NCBI GenBank assembly: GCA_002269645.1 | Contig: NIVC01000412.1 | Coordinates: 558,001-622,000, forward strand | Direction of reading: 5' to 3' | Source: Macrostomum lignano | Taxonomy: Eukaryota | Length of the DNA stretch: 64,000 nucleotides | Part shown: positions 25,001 to 36,631 of the stretch, one piece after another | How positions within the stretch are numbered: the stretch's first letter is position 1 | How the letters are laid out: the number at the start of each line of letters is the position of its first letter | Made by a program: the position numbers and the translations under genes | The notes under the pieces: generated by a model | The model's input: only the letters and a program-made list of their open reading frames with translations | The model's database searches: none | Told to the model about the DNA's origin: nothing

Positions 25001-26344
25001 TGTCAGAGAATGGGATGTCAGGGATTGGAATGTCAGAAGTTAGGCTGTCAAAGGTTGGGGTGTCAGGAGTTGTGGTGTCAGGGATTGGAGTGTCGAAAGT
25101 AAGCTGTCAGGGGTTGTTGTGTCAAAGATTTAAGTGTCAGGGGCCAGGGGTTGGGGTATCAAGTATTCAAGTGTCAGGGATTGGATTGTCAGAAGTTAGG
25201 GTGTCAGGGACAGGGGTTGGGGTGTAAAAGATTTCAGTGTCAGGGATTGGAGTGTCAGAAGTTAGGGTGTCAGGAGTTGGGCGTCAAGAATTGAAGTGTC
25301 AGGGGTTAGGGTGTCAGGGATTGGAGTGTCAGGGGTTAGGGTGTCAAGGATTGGAGTGTCATGGGTTAGGGTGTCAGGGATTGGAGTGTCAGGGGTTAGG
25401 ATGTCAGGGATTAGGGTGTCAGGGGTTAGGGTGTCAGGGATTAGAATGTCATGGGTTAGGGTGTCAGGGATTGGAGTGTCAGGGGTTAGGGTGTCAGGGA
25501 TTGGAGTGTCATGGGTTAGGGTGTCAGGGATTGGAGTGTCATGGGTTAGGGTGTCAGGGATTGGAGTGTCAGGGGTTAGGGTGTCAGGGATTGGAGTGTC
25601 AGCGGTTAGGGTGTCAGGGATTAAAGTGTCAGGGGTTAGGGTGTCAGGGATTGGAGTGTCAGGGGTTAGGGTGTCAGGGATTAAAGTGTCAGGGGTTAGG
25701 GTGTCAGGGATTGGAGTGTCAGGGGTTAGGGTGTCAGGGATTGGAGTGTCAGGGGTTAGGGTGTCAGGGATTGGAGTGTCAGGGGTTAGGGTATACCAAC
25801 CAGTGGCCAAAGCAAAACCAAGCGGCACTGCAGACCACACAAACCTGTCAGCATCTCTGCGGCTGATTTCGAACCAGGAGCTGAGCGAAGTCGGCTTGCC
25901 GTCGTCAATGAGCACATAGTTAGACGGTATGTAGCCGGCCTTGGAGCTGCGCTGGTGCCTGGCGTACCACCAGGGCTCGGAGGTGTCGCCTAAAACCTCC
26001 ATTAGGTCGTCTTTGCGAAAGTCCAGATCGTCAGGATTCTGGGCATTGTAGTTGTAAAGCGCCCTGACCAAGATGCGCTGCTGTGGCGGAGGCTGCGGCT
26101 CAACCATCGGCATTGGCTGGTTGGGCCGGCCGATGGGCTGCTGCGGATATGGCCCCATGAATTTGTTACCCGGCCTCTGCGGCTGCATGTGGCCTGGTAT
26201 CACATCAGCATGGCCCATGTGGTTGTTCCACTGTGCAACAGGCGCCAGTTGCTGCTGTTGCTGCTGCTGCTGCAGCTGCTGCGGATCTTCAATGTACCTC
26301 CGGCCGGGTTGCTCTGCCGCGTGCTTTGAAAAGCAGCAGCCCAT
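22043..26344 (-). CDS. Src-family tyrosine kinase (Src42A/Frk-like), 542 aa; exons 26344-25845, 24265-23757, 22662-22043
   Basis: MGCC N-terminus (myristoyl/palmitoyl), SH3, SH2, GNGSFGEV, HRDLRAAN, DFG, activation-loop Tyr (DDIYTA), tail TEIQY. GT-AG introns of phase 2 and 1 join in frame. Confidence 0.93.
22855..23525. repeat. 27-bp minisatellite (ttggtcattctaagaaatgagatcaac)n in Src intron 2
   Basis: About 25 tandem units. Confidence 0.95.
24920..25792. repeat. 15/30-bp G-rich minisatellite (ttagggtgtcagggattggagtgtcagggg)n in Src intron 1
   Basis: Homogeneous over about 25290-25792, degenerate to the left. Confidence 0.95.
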
Positions 26345-28969
26345 TTTGTTGCTAATAATTAAATATTCACTAACTGTAGAATCACACTTCTTTGAGCTCT
26401 AAACTTCTTTGACAGTCTGCTTAGGACTCAAAAGCCTGATTAATCAAGTTAGAACCTAAGGCTTTGCAGTGCCTGCTAGCGGCTGCACAATGCAGCGCGC
26501 AGTATGCATGCAATTTTTGGAGGTAATTTTTGTTATAACTTGTAATTCAAATAATCAAGAAATAATGGGCAATTTCAGATAATATAAGACATGTGAAGTT
26601 TTTTAAAGTACAAAAGTAAGTTGGATTATTAAATTATAAAATAGTATATATCACTACTATTTACATAGTAAAAAACCAACTTTACCAAAGTTAATATTAA
26701 TTAAAAAAATTTTGTGTAGCAAATTTAAATATTTTTGGCTATAATATGTTAATAAAATTACAAAGAACTATATATTGCTATTAAAAAGCAAATATCTCCT
26801 AGGTATAAAAACTGCATATGTATCTTATATATGTAAATATATTTTTTGATACACATAAAAATAAAAATCATATACACATAGCATAAAGATAAAGATAACC
26901 CCTTAGCTCCCACATTAGCTGATCTCTGTATAACTTACCAAGAGTCTGTAAATGGCTGAAACTGTCTTGTACACCAAAGTTTTACAAATGCTATGTTGAT
27001 GACATGCTTGCTGTATTTGAAAGTGAGAAAGACCATAAAAAATTTGTTTTAGCAATCAACCTACTCTTAATATCAAATTCACCTTTGAAAATGGTCATGG
27101 ACACAAGAAACTTTTTAGATTTGAAAGTTGACTGCTCTAGGAACATTTTGTGTTTAAAAGTGTATTGTAAACCTATATTCACTGGCTTTAAGCTCAACTT
27201 TAAGGCTCTTTATATATTACAATTCGTATTTCTCAAAAAAACTTTCTAAAAAAACCCAGGGATCCCATGACTTGCCAATATGAATACAAAGGGCAAATTT
27301 TTAATAAAATGTTGGGTTTTTTGCAAATGAATAACTGTGCAATTCAATTGCTTAGAATCAAAAGCAAATATTAATTAGAAAGAAGAAAGAAATACATTTT
27401 CAAAAAAATAAAAAAAATATTCATCTGACTTTAATGGGATGATAAAAAACAAAGTTGTATTTTTAAAGAAAAGCCTTTAAATATCTCAGCTATCCCCCTA
27501 AGCCTTGACATCTAAGAACTCCCCCTATATACCTTGTTACTCATGATCAGCAATTCTCCCCATAAGCCTTGACATCTCAATAATTCCAAACTAAGCATTG
27601 ACATCTTAGCAATAGCAATTCTTACAAAGACTACATGATTTCTTCTTTGACATGTCTGAAATAACTATTATTTTCATATGATAACTTTTTTATACTTTAT
27701 ATGAGCTTTTTCATGTTTTATATGATGTTTCTTCTGTCTAACATGATGATTCTTTTGTTATTACTTTTATGATCTAGGTTTTTTCACTGGTGCTAAAATG
27801 CAAAATTGTATCAAAGGTCAAACTTCAGGATATGATTTGGAAAGTTGGGATATTACATACCATCCCTAGTACATAGCCTAGGGTTTTTTTCACTGGCACT
27901 AGGATGCAAAATTGCATTCAAGTATAATGTCTAATTTGAGGATGCAATTTTGAAAGTCAAGATACTATACTATCTTTATCACAAAAGAGAAACCTAGTAA
28001 CACTAATGCTTTTTTGTTTTATATGAAATTTTGTTTATTTTGTATATGATGATACTTTGTGATATTTTACATGATGCTTCTTCTAGGTATACATGACACC
28101 TAGACACCTAGGTATACTTACTCATTACTACATTATATTACATACTCTATTAGAGTAAAAGTCACACAAAGCAGTTATGACATAATCAATTTCTTATTCA
28201 GTCAATATCAGTTTCAATTAAAGTTAACAATTTGGTTGCATAATCTAAATTAAGTCTCATGTTATGTTTCCACATTATGTGGAACATATTTTGGCATTTC
28301 ACATTGCCACAATTCAAGCTAGAATCACAATTCAGCTATGATACAATCTTAATCAGAATCAAAATTCTATGTTAGTTTTTTTTCTCTAGCATTTTAACAA
28401 TATGTTTTAACTTTAAGAATCTGCTTGATACTTGCAAGAAAGCTTGTTTTAAATATTTAATCCTTTCAGCATTGAGCAATTTCCTAGCAACAACACATTA
28501 CTATCTTAGAAAATTTTCTGATTGAATAGTCAAAGTCTCATGAAAATTGGTTAGGCCATTTTTGCCAAAATTACTTCTATATAATCATATTGTTGTTAAT
28601 ATATAATAGGTGTGTTTTTAGTATATGGGACTAGCAATTAGTGCCCCCATTGGAAAGCTAAAAAATGCAATACAAGTTTTTTAATAAAGTACATGTAGCA
28701 TCTCTTTGCAATATATCTTAGTAGTCCCTTGTAAGCATTGACATGTCAGCAATTCCCCCCACAAGCCTTAACATATCAACTTTCCCTGTTGACATCTCAA
28801 TGATACCTCCCATAAGCCTTAAAATCTTAAAAAATCTGTCAATCTAACCCTAACCCTACTCTAACCTTAACCCTAGCCCTAAAGCATTGACAGTTCAATA
28901 ATTCTCCCCAAGAGTTAGTATAGCACTATAGTATTATTGCAATTCCCTGCAAGTCTTGACATATAGGGC

Positions 28970-29257
28970 ATACTTGCGCAACCTCCAAAATTTGGTCAGC
29001 TATGCGACTTAGTTTTAACAAAAATGCGACGTAGTTTTTGGCCAAAAATGCGACTTACATGTAAAAAAACCCTAACGCAAAATTAACGCAACTTTGGGTA
29101 AACGGCAGGAGTAACTATGACTGTCTTATTAAGTCAAAACGCCTCATCAGCTACTTAGTACCACTATTTTTTTGGGTGGGCATTTTTGCAACTTCCTTGG
29201 TTGGCCGCCAAATCGGTCGGCCGAATCGGCCGACTCGGCCGACTGTTGCGCATGTAT
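28970..29257 (+). mobile_element. MITE with ~13-bp TIRs carrying a 28S rRNA-like fragment (29096-29159)
   Basis: atacttgcgcaac ... gttgcgcatgtat (1 mismatch). Inverted homologue at 35009-35275. Confidence 0.8.
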
Positions 29258-29982
29258 TTCATAGGGATTCCCAAATGAATCTCTTAACTTCAGCATGATA
29301 CTTCTTTTTTACATGACACTTTTTCTATCAGTGACATCCCAACAAAAAGCCAACAAATAATATAATAAAAAGTTTTGAAGAAACTACATGTAGCTTCTAA
29401 CTTTAGCCTTAACATCTCAGTTATTCCCCCATAAGCCTTGACATCTTCCCCCATAAGCTTTGACATCAATAGTAATTCTCCTCCAGAGTCACAATATACA
29501 GTTTCATGGGACATTTTTTTACATGACACTTCTTTTGTCAAGGCTTTATTCTACTTTTGAATAAACTACATGTTTAAACAATAGCTTCTCTTTGCAATAA
29601 CCTCAGCAATCCCTTGTAAGTCTTGACATCTTAGCTATTCCCCTCTTTTTTATATGACGCTTCTTCTATTAGAACCCCTGTGGCGAGCCAACAAAGAATG
29701 TAATAAAAAAATTCAGTTAACTATATGTAGCTTCTGGCTTTTGCTTTGACATCTCAGAAATCCCCCCATAATCCTTTACAGCTTAGTTATTCTCCGTGAG
29801 CCTTGAACTCATAGTAATTCTCCTTAAGAGTCACAGCACAGTTTTATGTGATGCTTCTGTAATGTGAGCATCTTTTGCGTATTCTATTAGTTAGGTTTTG
29901 CATTATTGTTATTGAATTATTATTTTGCTTTAGTTTAGTCATGCGTTTTTGATGTACTTTTCTTGTTAGTTAAAATCTAAAA

Positions 29983-30950
29983 TTGTAAACAGGTTAGAAG
30001 TTAGACGCCAATTCTGTGACTCAGTGGAGGGTTGAGTTTTCTGCAAACCCCAGCTTTGCGCGGCCAGCCAATTAGAACCGGCCTGGACCCTGGCACGCGG
30101 CAAGTTCCAATTCTACCTGGCGCCACAGGCACAGTGCAATTCAGCTTAGCGGGCGGCCGGCCAGACAACCACCACCCGGCTTGACGGGGGGGGGGGTTGT
30201 GAGGGTTTGACTCTGACTATATATGAAAGTGTGTTTGGCAATTGGATCTCACTTTTTCCCTTTCTCGCCTTCTTTCCCCAATTCTTGGTTTTGTCCCGGC
30301 TTCCCGGCCGCTTGCCCGATTGTTGTTTTGGTTTGCGCTTTGAGGCGCTGCTTGAGTTTGTCACCCCCAGTCCATATTTTGTTCCCCGCCCAACCGCTTC
30401 AGTCTTGTAGTGTAACGATTCGGCATCCTTGTCTGACGTCGTCGCTATCAAGTGTGGTTTAGATAGAGACTGTCGGATCTGATCAAGTACGCGGCCTCGA
30501 CCCCGAGGGCCTCAGTGTCACACTGAAGGGCAGTGCTGATAGAATTTAGTCAGTGCTCCGTTGAACGGTCAATTTGGCAGTGCTCTCATTCGAGTGTAGG
30601 TTCTGGTTTAGGCCAGGGGTTAGGAGTCTTCTCTGTGGTTGTGTTCAGTTCTTCTTCCTCTTCTTCAGCTGAGATCTGCTTGCCAGTTGCGTTATTAATT
30701 TATTATTAATTGTTGTATTGTTATTATCATCAGTTCAAATTATCATCTGCGCCGCGAATCGCATTGAATCTTGTAACTTTATTAAATCTAATTAAACTGT
30801 CAATCAAGTTTAGTCACTCTTGAACTAGGATTATCACTCTCTAAATCTATTTGGTTCGTGTTCTTTCTTTTCTTGTACTGTACCTCTGACTATTGGAGAA
30901 AGACTGGTAAGACTCGCCAACTGGCAATAGGCGATTAGGGCCAATAGCTT
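29983..30950. mobile_element. GC-richer island in AT-rich DNA, possible solo LTR
   Basis: Compositional contrast, a TGT start, and TATA-like and ATTAAA motifs. No TSD or second LTR found. Confidence 0.25.
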
Positions 30951-31039
30951 TAAAATCTCTGACGCTCCAAAAATAGGTTTGTCTAGGGCCTAAATAATTG
31001 CTTACCATCATGCTATTTATCTAATTGCCTTTTTATCAC

Positions 31040-31770
31040 ACTTTTATTTTTGACATGACACTTTTTTATTATTCCATTATGCTTCTATGATTTTTTAATG
31101 ACGCTTATATGATTTTTTATATGATACTTCTATGATGGTTTACATGAAGCTTCTATGATTGCTTACATGACACTTCTATGATTCTTTACATGAGGCTTCT
31201 ATGATTCTTTACATGATGCTTCTGATTCTTTACATGACGCTTTTGATTTTTTACATTACACTTCTATGATTTTTTATGTTTCTTTGATTTTACATGATGC
31301 TTCTATGATTTTTTATATGACACTTCTATGATTGCTTACATGACACTTCTATGATTCTTTACATGACACTTCTATGATTGTTTATATGATGCTTCTTTGA
31401 TTGTTTACATGACACTTTTGATTCTTTACATGACAATTCTATGGTTTTTAGGCCTACATGATGCTTTTATGATTGTTTATTTAAAGCTTTTATGATTGTT
31501 TATATGACACTTCTAAGATTTTTTATGATGCTTCTATGATTGTTTAGATAAAGCTTCTATGATTGTTTATATGACATTTCTATGATTTTTACATGACACT
31601 TCTATGATTGTTTACATGGAGTTTCTATGATTATTTAAATGACACTTCTATGATTGCTTATATGACACTTCTATGATTTTATGTGACATTTCTATGATTG
31701 TTTACATGGAGGTTCTATGATTATTTATATGACACTTCTGTTCTATGATTGCTTACATGATATTTCTATG
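31040..31770. repeat. degenerate ~21-22-bp minisatellite (ttacatgacacttctatgatt)n
   Basis: Tandem degenerate array. Related older copies at about 27620-28100. Confidence 0.85.
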
Positions 31771-31819
31771 ATTCTAGCCTCCTATTACAATATTAGAAAA
31801 CCATCAACTTTTAACAGTA

Positions 31820-32794
31820 GAACTACCAAGAGGGGGGGGGGGGCGGAATCCCCCCTGTCAATTTTTTTGCTGCGCTGGAATAGAGCAACGCAGGCACACG
31901 AAATTCAAGAACACGACTAACTTTTTGTTGCATGATGAAAAATCACACTCAGGTGTCCTTACTCCCCTGGTGCCACCTGTTGAAGGTGCCGATGGTGTCA
32001 GGGTGATGGCTGAATGCATGACTGACTAGCTAAGGATGTCCAGCAGTTGAGGTTTGCCCATTATTGAAGCTTGATAAGAAAAACCTGACATATTTGCAAC
32101 AAGATGTCCATAGTCACCTGGTGTAATCTGTTGAAGGAGCCGACGGCGTCAGGATGATGACAGAATGCTTAAGGGACTAGATGAGAATGTCTGGCGGTTG
32201 ATTCTTGCCCATTGTCGAGGCTTGATCAGCGAAACTAGAGAAATTCTTATCAGGCTGTCCATAGTCACCTGGTGTAATCTGTTGAAGGAGCCAACGGCGT
32301 CGGGATGATGACAGAATGCTTGAGAGACTAGCTGAGAATGTCCGGCAGTTGAGGCTTGCCTACTGTTGAGGCTTGATCAGTGAAACTTGAGAAATTCGCA
32401 TCAAGGTGTTCATAGTCACCTGGTGCCACCTGTTGAAGGTCTAGAAGCTCTGTCTTGGAGAAGGCCAAAAACCAACAAAGTCAGAGCTGATGCAGACACA
32501 TTTGGTTGACGTGCTGATGAAATTTGGAGACTTGGCAAGGCTGCACTGAGGCGCAGTGCTAATTGACGCACAGGGGTGTACTGAATATACTAGCATGGGA
32601 AAAATCCAACCTGGCAGAATTGTCAAATATCTTGATGGTCCAAAGGGCTGGTGACTTGATTCTTGTTTGAGAAGATTCGCAACAAAAAGTTAGCCCGTGT
32701 TCTTGAATTTCGTGTGCCTGTGTTGCTCTGTTCTAGTGCAGCAAAAAAATTGTTAGGGGGGGGGGAAATTTCTTTCCCCCCTTCTTGGTAGTTC
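31820..32794. mobile_element. non-autonomous TIR element, ~110-bp TIRs, internal 150-bp tandem repeats
   Basis: gaactaccaagagggggg...actttttgttgc (31820-31931) is inverted at 32679-32794. About 3.2 internal units begin cctggtg...gttgaagg. Confidence 0.8.
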
Positions 32795-35008
32795 GACAGG
32801 CAGAAAAATGGCTTGGTATTCCTACTGTTAATGTTTTGAATTATGTTTAGGCCTATTATAAAAAAAGAAATTAAAGAAATTGGCCACAATAAAAACAATG
32901 TAATAAAATATGCTTAGGGCATATGGCCTAACTTTATATCCATATTTATAGTCACATACTAGTTGATTAAGCCCCCATAAGAGCATTCAAATTCAAAATT
33001 TAAACATTGAAAGCATGCAAAAAAATCACTTTATTTTAATTTAATAATCATTTGAGTCATTATTGAGTCAATTTGAGTCATTCATTATATGACCTACTTC
33101 CAAATTGATTTTTTATTGTTCAAAATTTTATACATACTTAGCAACATTGAAAAGTTGCCAATCTATATACAAATGAGCAATTTCTCTTGGACTAGGCCCT
33201 GCCCTATTATAAAAAAAAGATACAAAAAAATAATAGTAATTTTTATATCCAAAATGGCAGTTACCAAAGTGGCTGTTACCGAAGTGGAGTATATTCTTTT
33301 TTAATACAATACAAAGAAATACAATACAAAGCTAATTTAAAAACATCAGCTAGACAGTAGACAGTTCTAAAAAAATCTAGAACAGACAGACAACCAGCAC
33401 AAAAATAAGACAAAATGAGTATAATATTTAGCATAGGTGGATAGATATATTTTTTCTCTACCCTATTTATATCTTCAGCCAATTAATTTCCCATAACTTT
33501 CCATCTTTCCTAAATTTTAATGATGTCAAATCCAATGCATGCATAATAAATAAGGGCGTTTCGAGCGCTTTTCTAAGAAAATAATTCACTTATTGTTGCT
33601 ATTTGAATTTGTTATAGTTAGGCAAGTGTATGCTTAAACAACGTCAAAAGAAGACTTTGGTCTATCCTTTTGTCAGTTGAGCTGTTGTTAAAGTTTAGCA
33701 ATGCGCGTACAAAACATTACTAATCCTTACAAGCTACATTTTATGGTAAGGTAATATTTTATATTTAATGTTTCCGGGGTTTTCGAGGACTTCCACGTCG
33801 CTAGCAGTCTGGTCCGGTCAACCTAACTGGCGGCCCGTCCAACCGCCACATCGATTTTTAAACCCATGGCCATGCACCATAAGCTGTTTGCATAAAATTT
33901 GATTCATTTTTATACAAGAGTGATCCCCTAAAAATGTATCTAATGAGATTATTATGCCTAGGCCTATGGCTATGGCTATGGGACTTTTTCCAAAACATTA
34001 AAATATTGATTTAAGTGGGCTGAAACTGAGAAGAAATAATTTAATGCATAAAAAATATATTGTCCTTGTTTTAAAATGAAATCGCCTTTATTAGTAATAA
34101 AAATTCTATGAATAAATATAAAATTAGGATAGGCCTACAGTAGTACAGTAATTATAAGCCAGAACCTATGACTAGACTAGGCCTAGGCTATGACTTGCAA
34201 AAATAAGCACCTCTTCAGGTTCTAAAAAAGGCCTACCTTCTATAATCTGATTCTAATAGATATATAGCATATGTCTATATCTATATTGTATTAAAATTAA
34301 TTAGGTCTTAGCAATGGAATCTGAAATAAAACATGGTCATGTTTTAATGAACAACTGTCAACTACACTATCAATTTCATGATACACTAGCCTAGCTAGGG
34401 CCTAATATATATAGATACATAATGGATAGAAATATATAATAAAAACCTTTTAAGTTTTTATATTATATAGGCCTAGCCTATTGTATACTTTTGTTTAAAA
34501 AATTGAGGCCTAAGGCTAGGCCTACGCCTATATATAGTAATATAGCTAAAAATATTAACAACAAATTTAATTTCAGCTTAGGCCTAGTGCATGTTAGATG
34601 TTAATAATTATATTTGTATAGTACTTTTATTGAATAGGCCCAATTCATTTTGTTTTATTTCATGCCAATAATGATTGGCATATTGCAATATAAATTATAT
34701 AATAGACTTATCACTTATTGTCTAAGCCTAACAATGATATTGTATCATAGTAGGCCTAACTACAAGGACTAGGCCTATAGGCTATAGGCCTAGTGAGATT
34801 TAATATATTTATCCGATAGAAAAATAGGCCCTTAGTAGCAATCTAAAATAGTCTTAGTTATTATTTTTTGACTGAATAATATAAAATTTATATTATATTT
34901 TTCATATATGTGCAACTGCATTGCTGGCCAATATAGCCATTACAAATTCTGGTAGACTAGGGATAAGTTGCAAAAAGCCCTACTTTAAAGAATAGGCCCT
35001 ATACTATA

Positions 35009-35275
35009 CATACATGCGCAACTGCTGGCCGACCTGGCCAATCTGGCCACTATAAATTGTGGTGGACCAGGGATAAGTTGCAAAAATTCCTAGCCTGAAG
35101 AATATAGACGTAGTACTAATTAGATGATGAGGCATTTATTCCTTATAAGACAGTCATAGTTACTCCTGCCGTTTACCCAAAATTGCGTTAGGGTTTCTTT
35201 TACAGGTAAGTCGCATTTTTGGTAAAAAAATTAAGTCGCATGGCCAGTGTAAATCAGGGGGGTTGCGCATGTATG
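35009..35275 (-). mobile_element. TA-flanked MITE (Tc1/mariner-type TSD) carrying a 28S rRNA-like fragment (35115-35178)
   Basis: Perfect 14-bp TIR catacatgcgcaac/gttgcgcatgtatg with TA on both sides. Degenerate relatives at about 34905-34990, 35290-35400 and 36008-36060. Confidence 0.85.
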
Positions 35276-36377
35276 TACCTATATATATATTAGTACTAAT
35301 TAGATAACAAGACATTTAGCTTTAAAAAGACAGCCAAAGGCCTAGTTACTTTTACCATTTATCTAAAACTGCATTAATTTTTACTTTAAGGTTTTTTTAT
35401 ATGTAAGTTCCATTTTTAGTCAAAAAATAAAAACAAATTGTATGGCCAGTAAATTAGAGAAAGGAAGTTATATATATATAATTATTATTTTATTTTTTAG
35501 CAAAAAATATTGACATGCAGAAAGTTTTTACTTGTTAGATACCTTGCCATCTAGGCATTATACTAAAAGATCACCAGATAACCATTGCCAAGCAGCTATT
35601 ATGCTACATTGCCACTTAGAAAGGAAAAAAGAGATTTGTTTCTTTATAACTGTTTCTTTGGATAAGACATGGCTCTACTTATATATACTAAAAATATGAG
35701 CCTAATCTTAAGATTGGCTAGTATAAGTAATGTATAATGTATTGTAATACATTTATCTAATACATAAATGTAATGTATAAGTAATAAGTCTTGTATAAGG
35801 CCTAGCCTAGTCTTCAGATGCAACAAGGATTCAAAGAAGATAAGTCTTATCTTATGTTACAATTACTTTGATATAATTACAAGTGTCAAAACTCTCAAAA
35901 TAAGGACATGAACTAGGAATACTACAAAATCTTCATCATTTATTGTCTTTAACTAGTTTTCTAGAGAGCAAGTAGTGTTATAGTCTGGTGCAGTTTTGAG
36001 TAAACATATGAGTAGCTCTGTCAGTCTTATCAGGGCTAAATGCCTTGTTATCTAATTAGTATTATGCCTGTATTTATATGAAAGTTAACATTTTTTATTT
36101 TGTTTCACAGTTTTGAGCTGTAATTTTAGACCCCATATTGGATGTTTATAGGTTTTTACACTTATTCCAATAGGGAAACTATATATACTAGAAGATTGAT
36201 CATTGCTGCTTTATGAAAATGCAAATCCTTGTATGGCTAGGCTTATAAAGAAGCTGCTAGAAAACTATGATTAGGATATACTATTGCATCTTACTTATTT
36301 TTTTGACACAAAGTCTATAACTTTTATCTCTCCCAAGCTTTGAGGCAATTGCTATCATTGCATAAACAAGTTTGGAA

Positions 36378-36631
36378 CCCTATTGCAGCCAAGGTCTGAA
36401 CCGCGCCGGACGCCCCCCTTTCCCGCGCCAGACATCTACCCGTACTGCGCCAGGGCCAGTCCCCAGGATCAGTGATTTGGTTCAATTAGTCAGTCAATGG
36501 CTCGCCGCGCGCTGCGCGCCGCTGCCACACACCACGCCACCGCGCGCCGCCGCCACGCGCCGCGCCGCGCCGCCACCAGTCCAATCCGCGCCGGACGCCG
36601 TCCACGAAAATGGCCATTGGCTGCAATAGGG
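36378..36631. mobile_element. young GC-rich MITE, 15-bp TIR, 8-bp TSD (hAT-type)
   Basis: ccctattgcagccaa/ttggctgcaataggg is perfect. gtttggaa is duplicated at 36370-36377 and 36632-36639. Confidence 0.9.

Noticed and set aside
28844-28883. Interstitial telomere-like (ccctaa)n
   Set aside because: Only about 6 degenerate units inside old repeat debris.
29096-29159. rRNA gene
   Set aside because: Only about 64 bp with no flanking rDNA; reported as MITE cargo instead.
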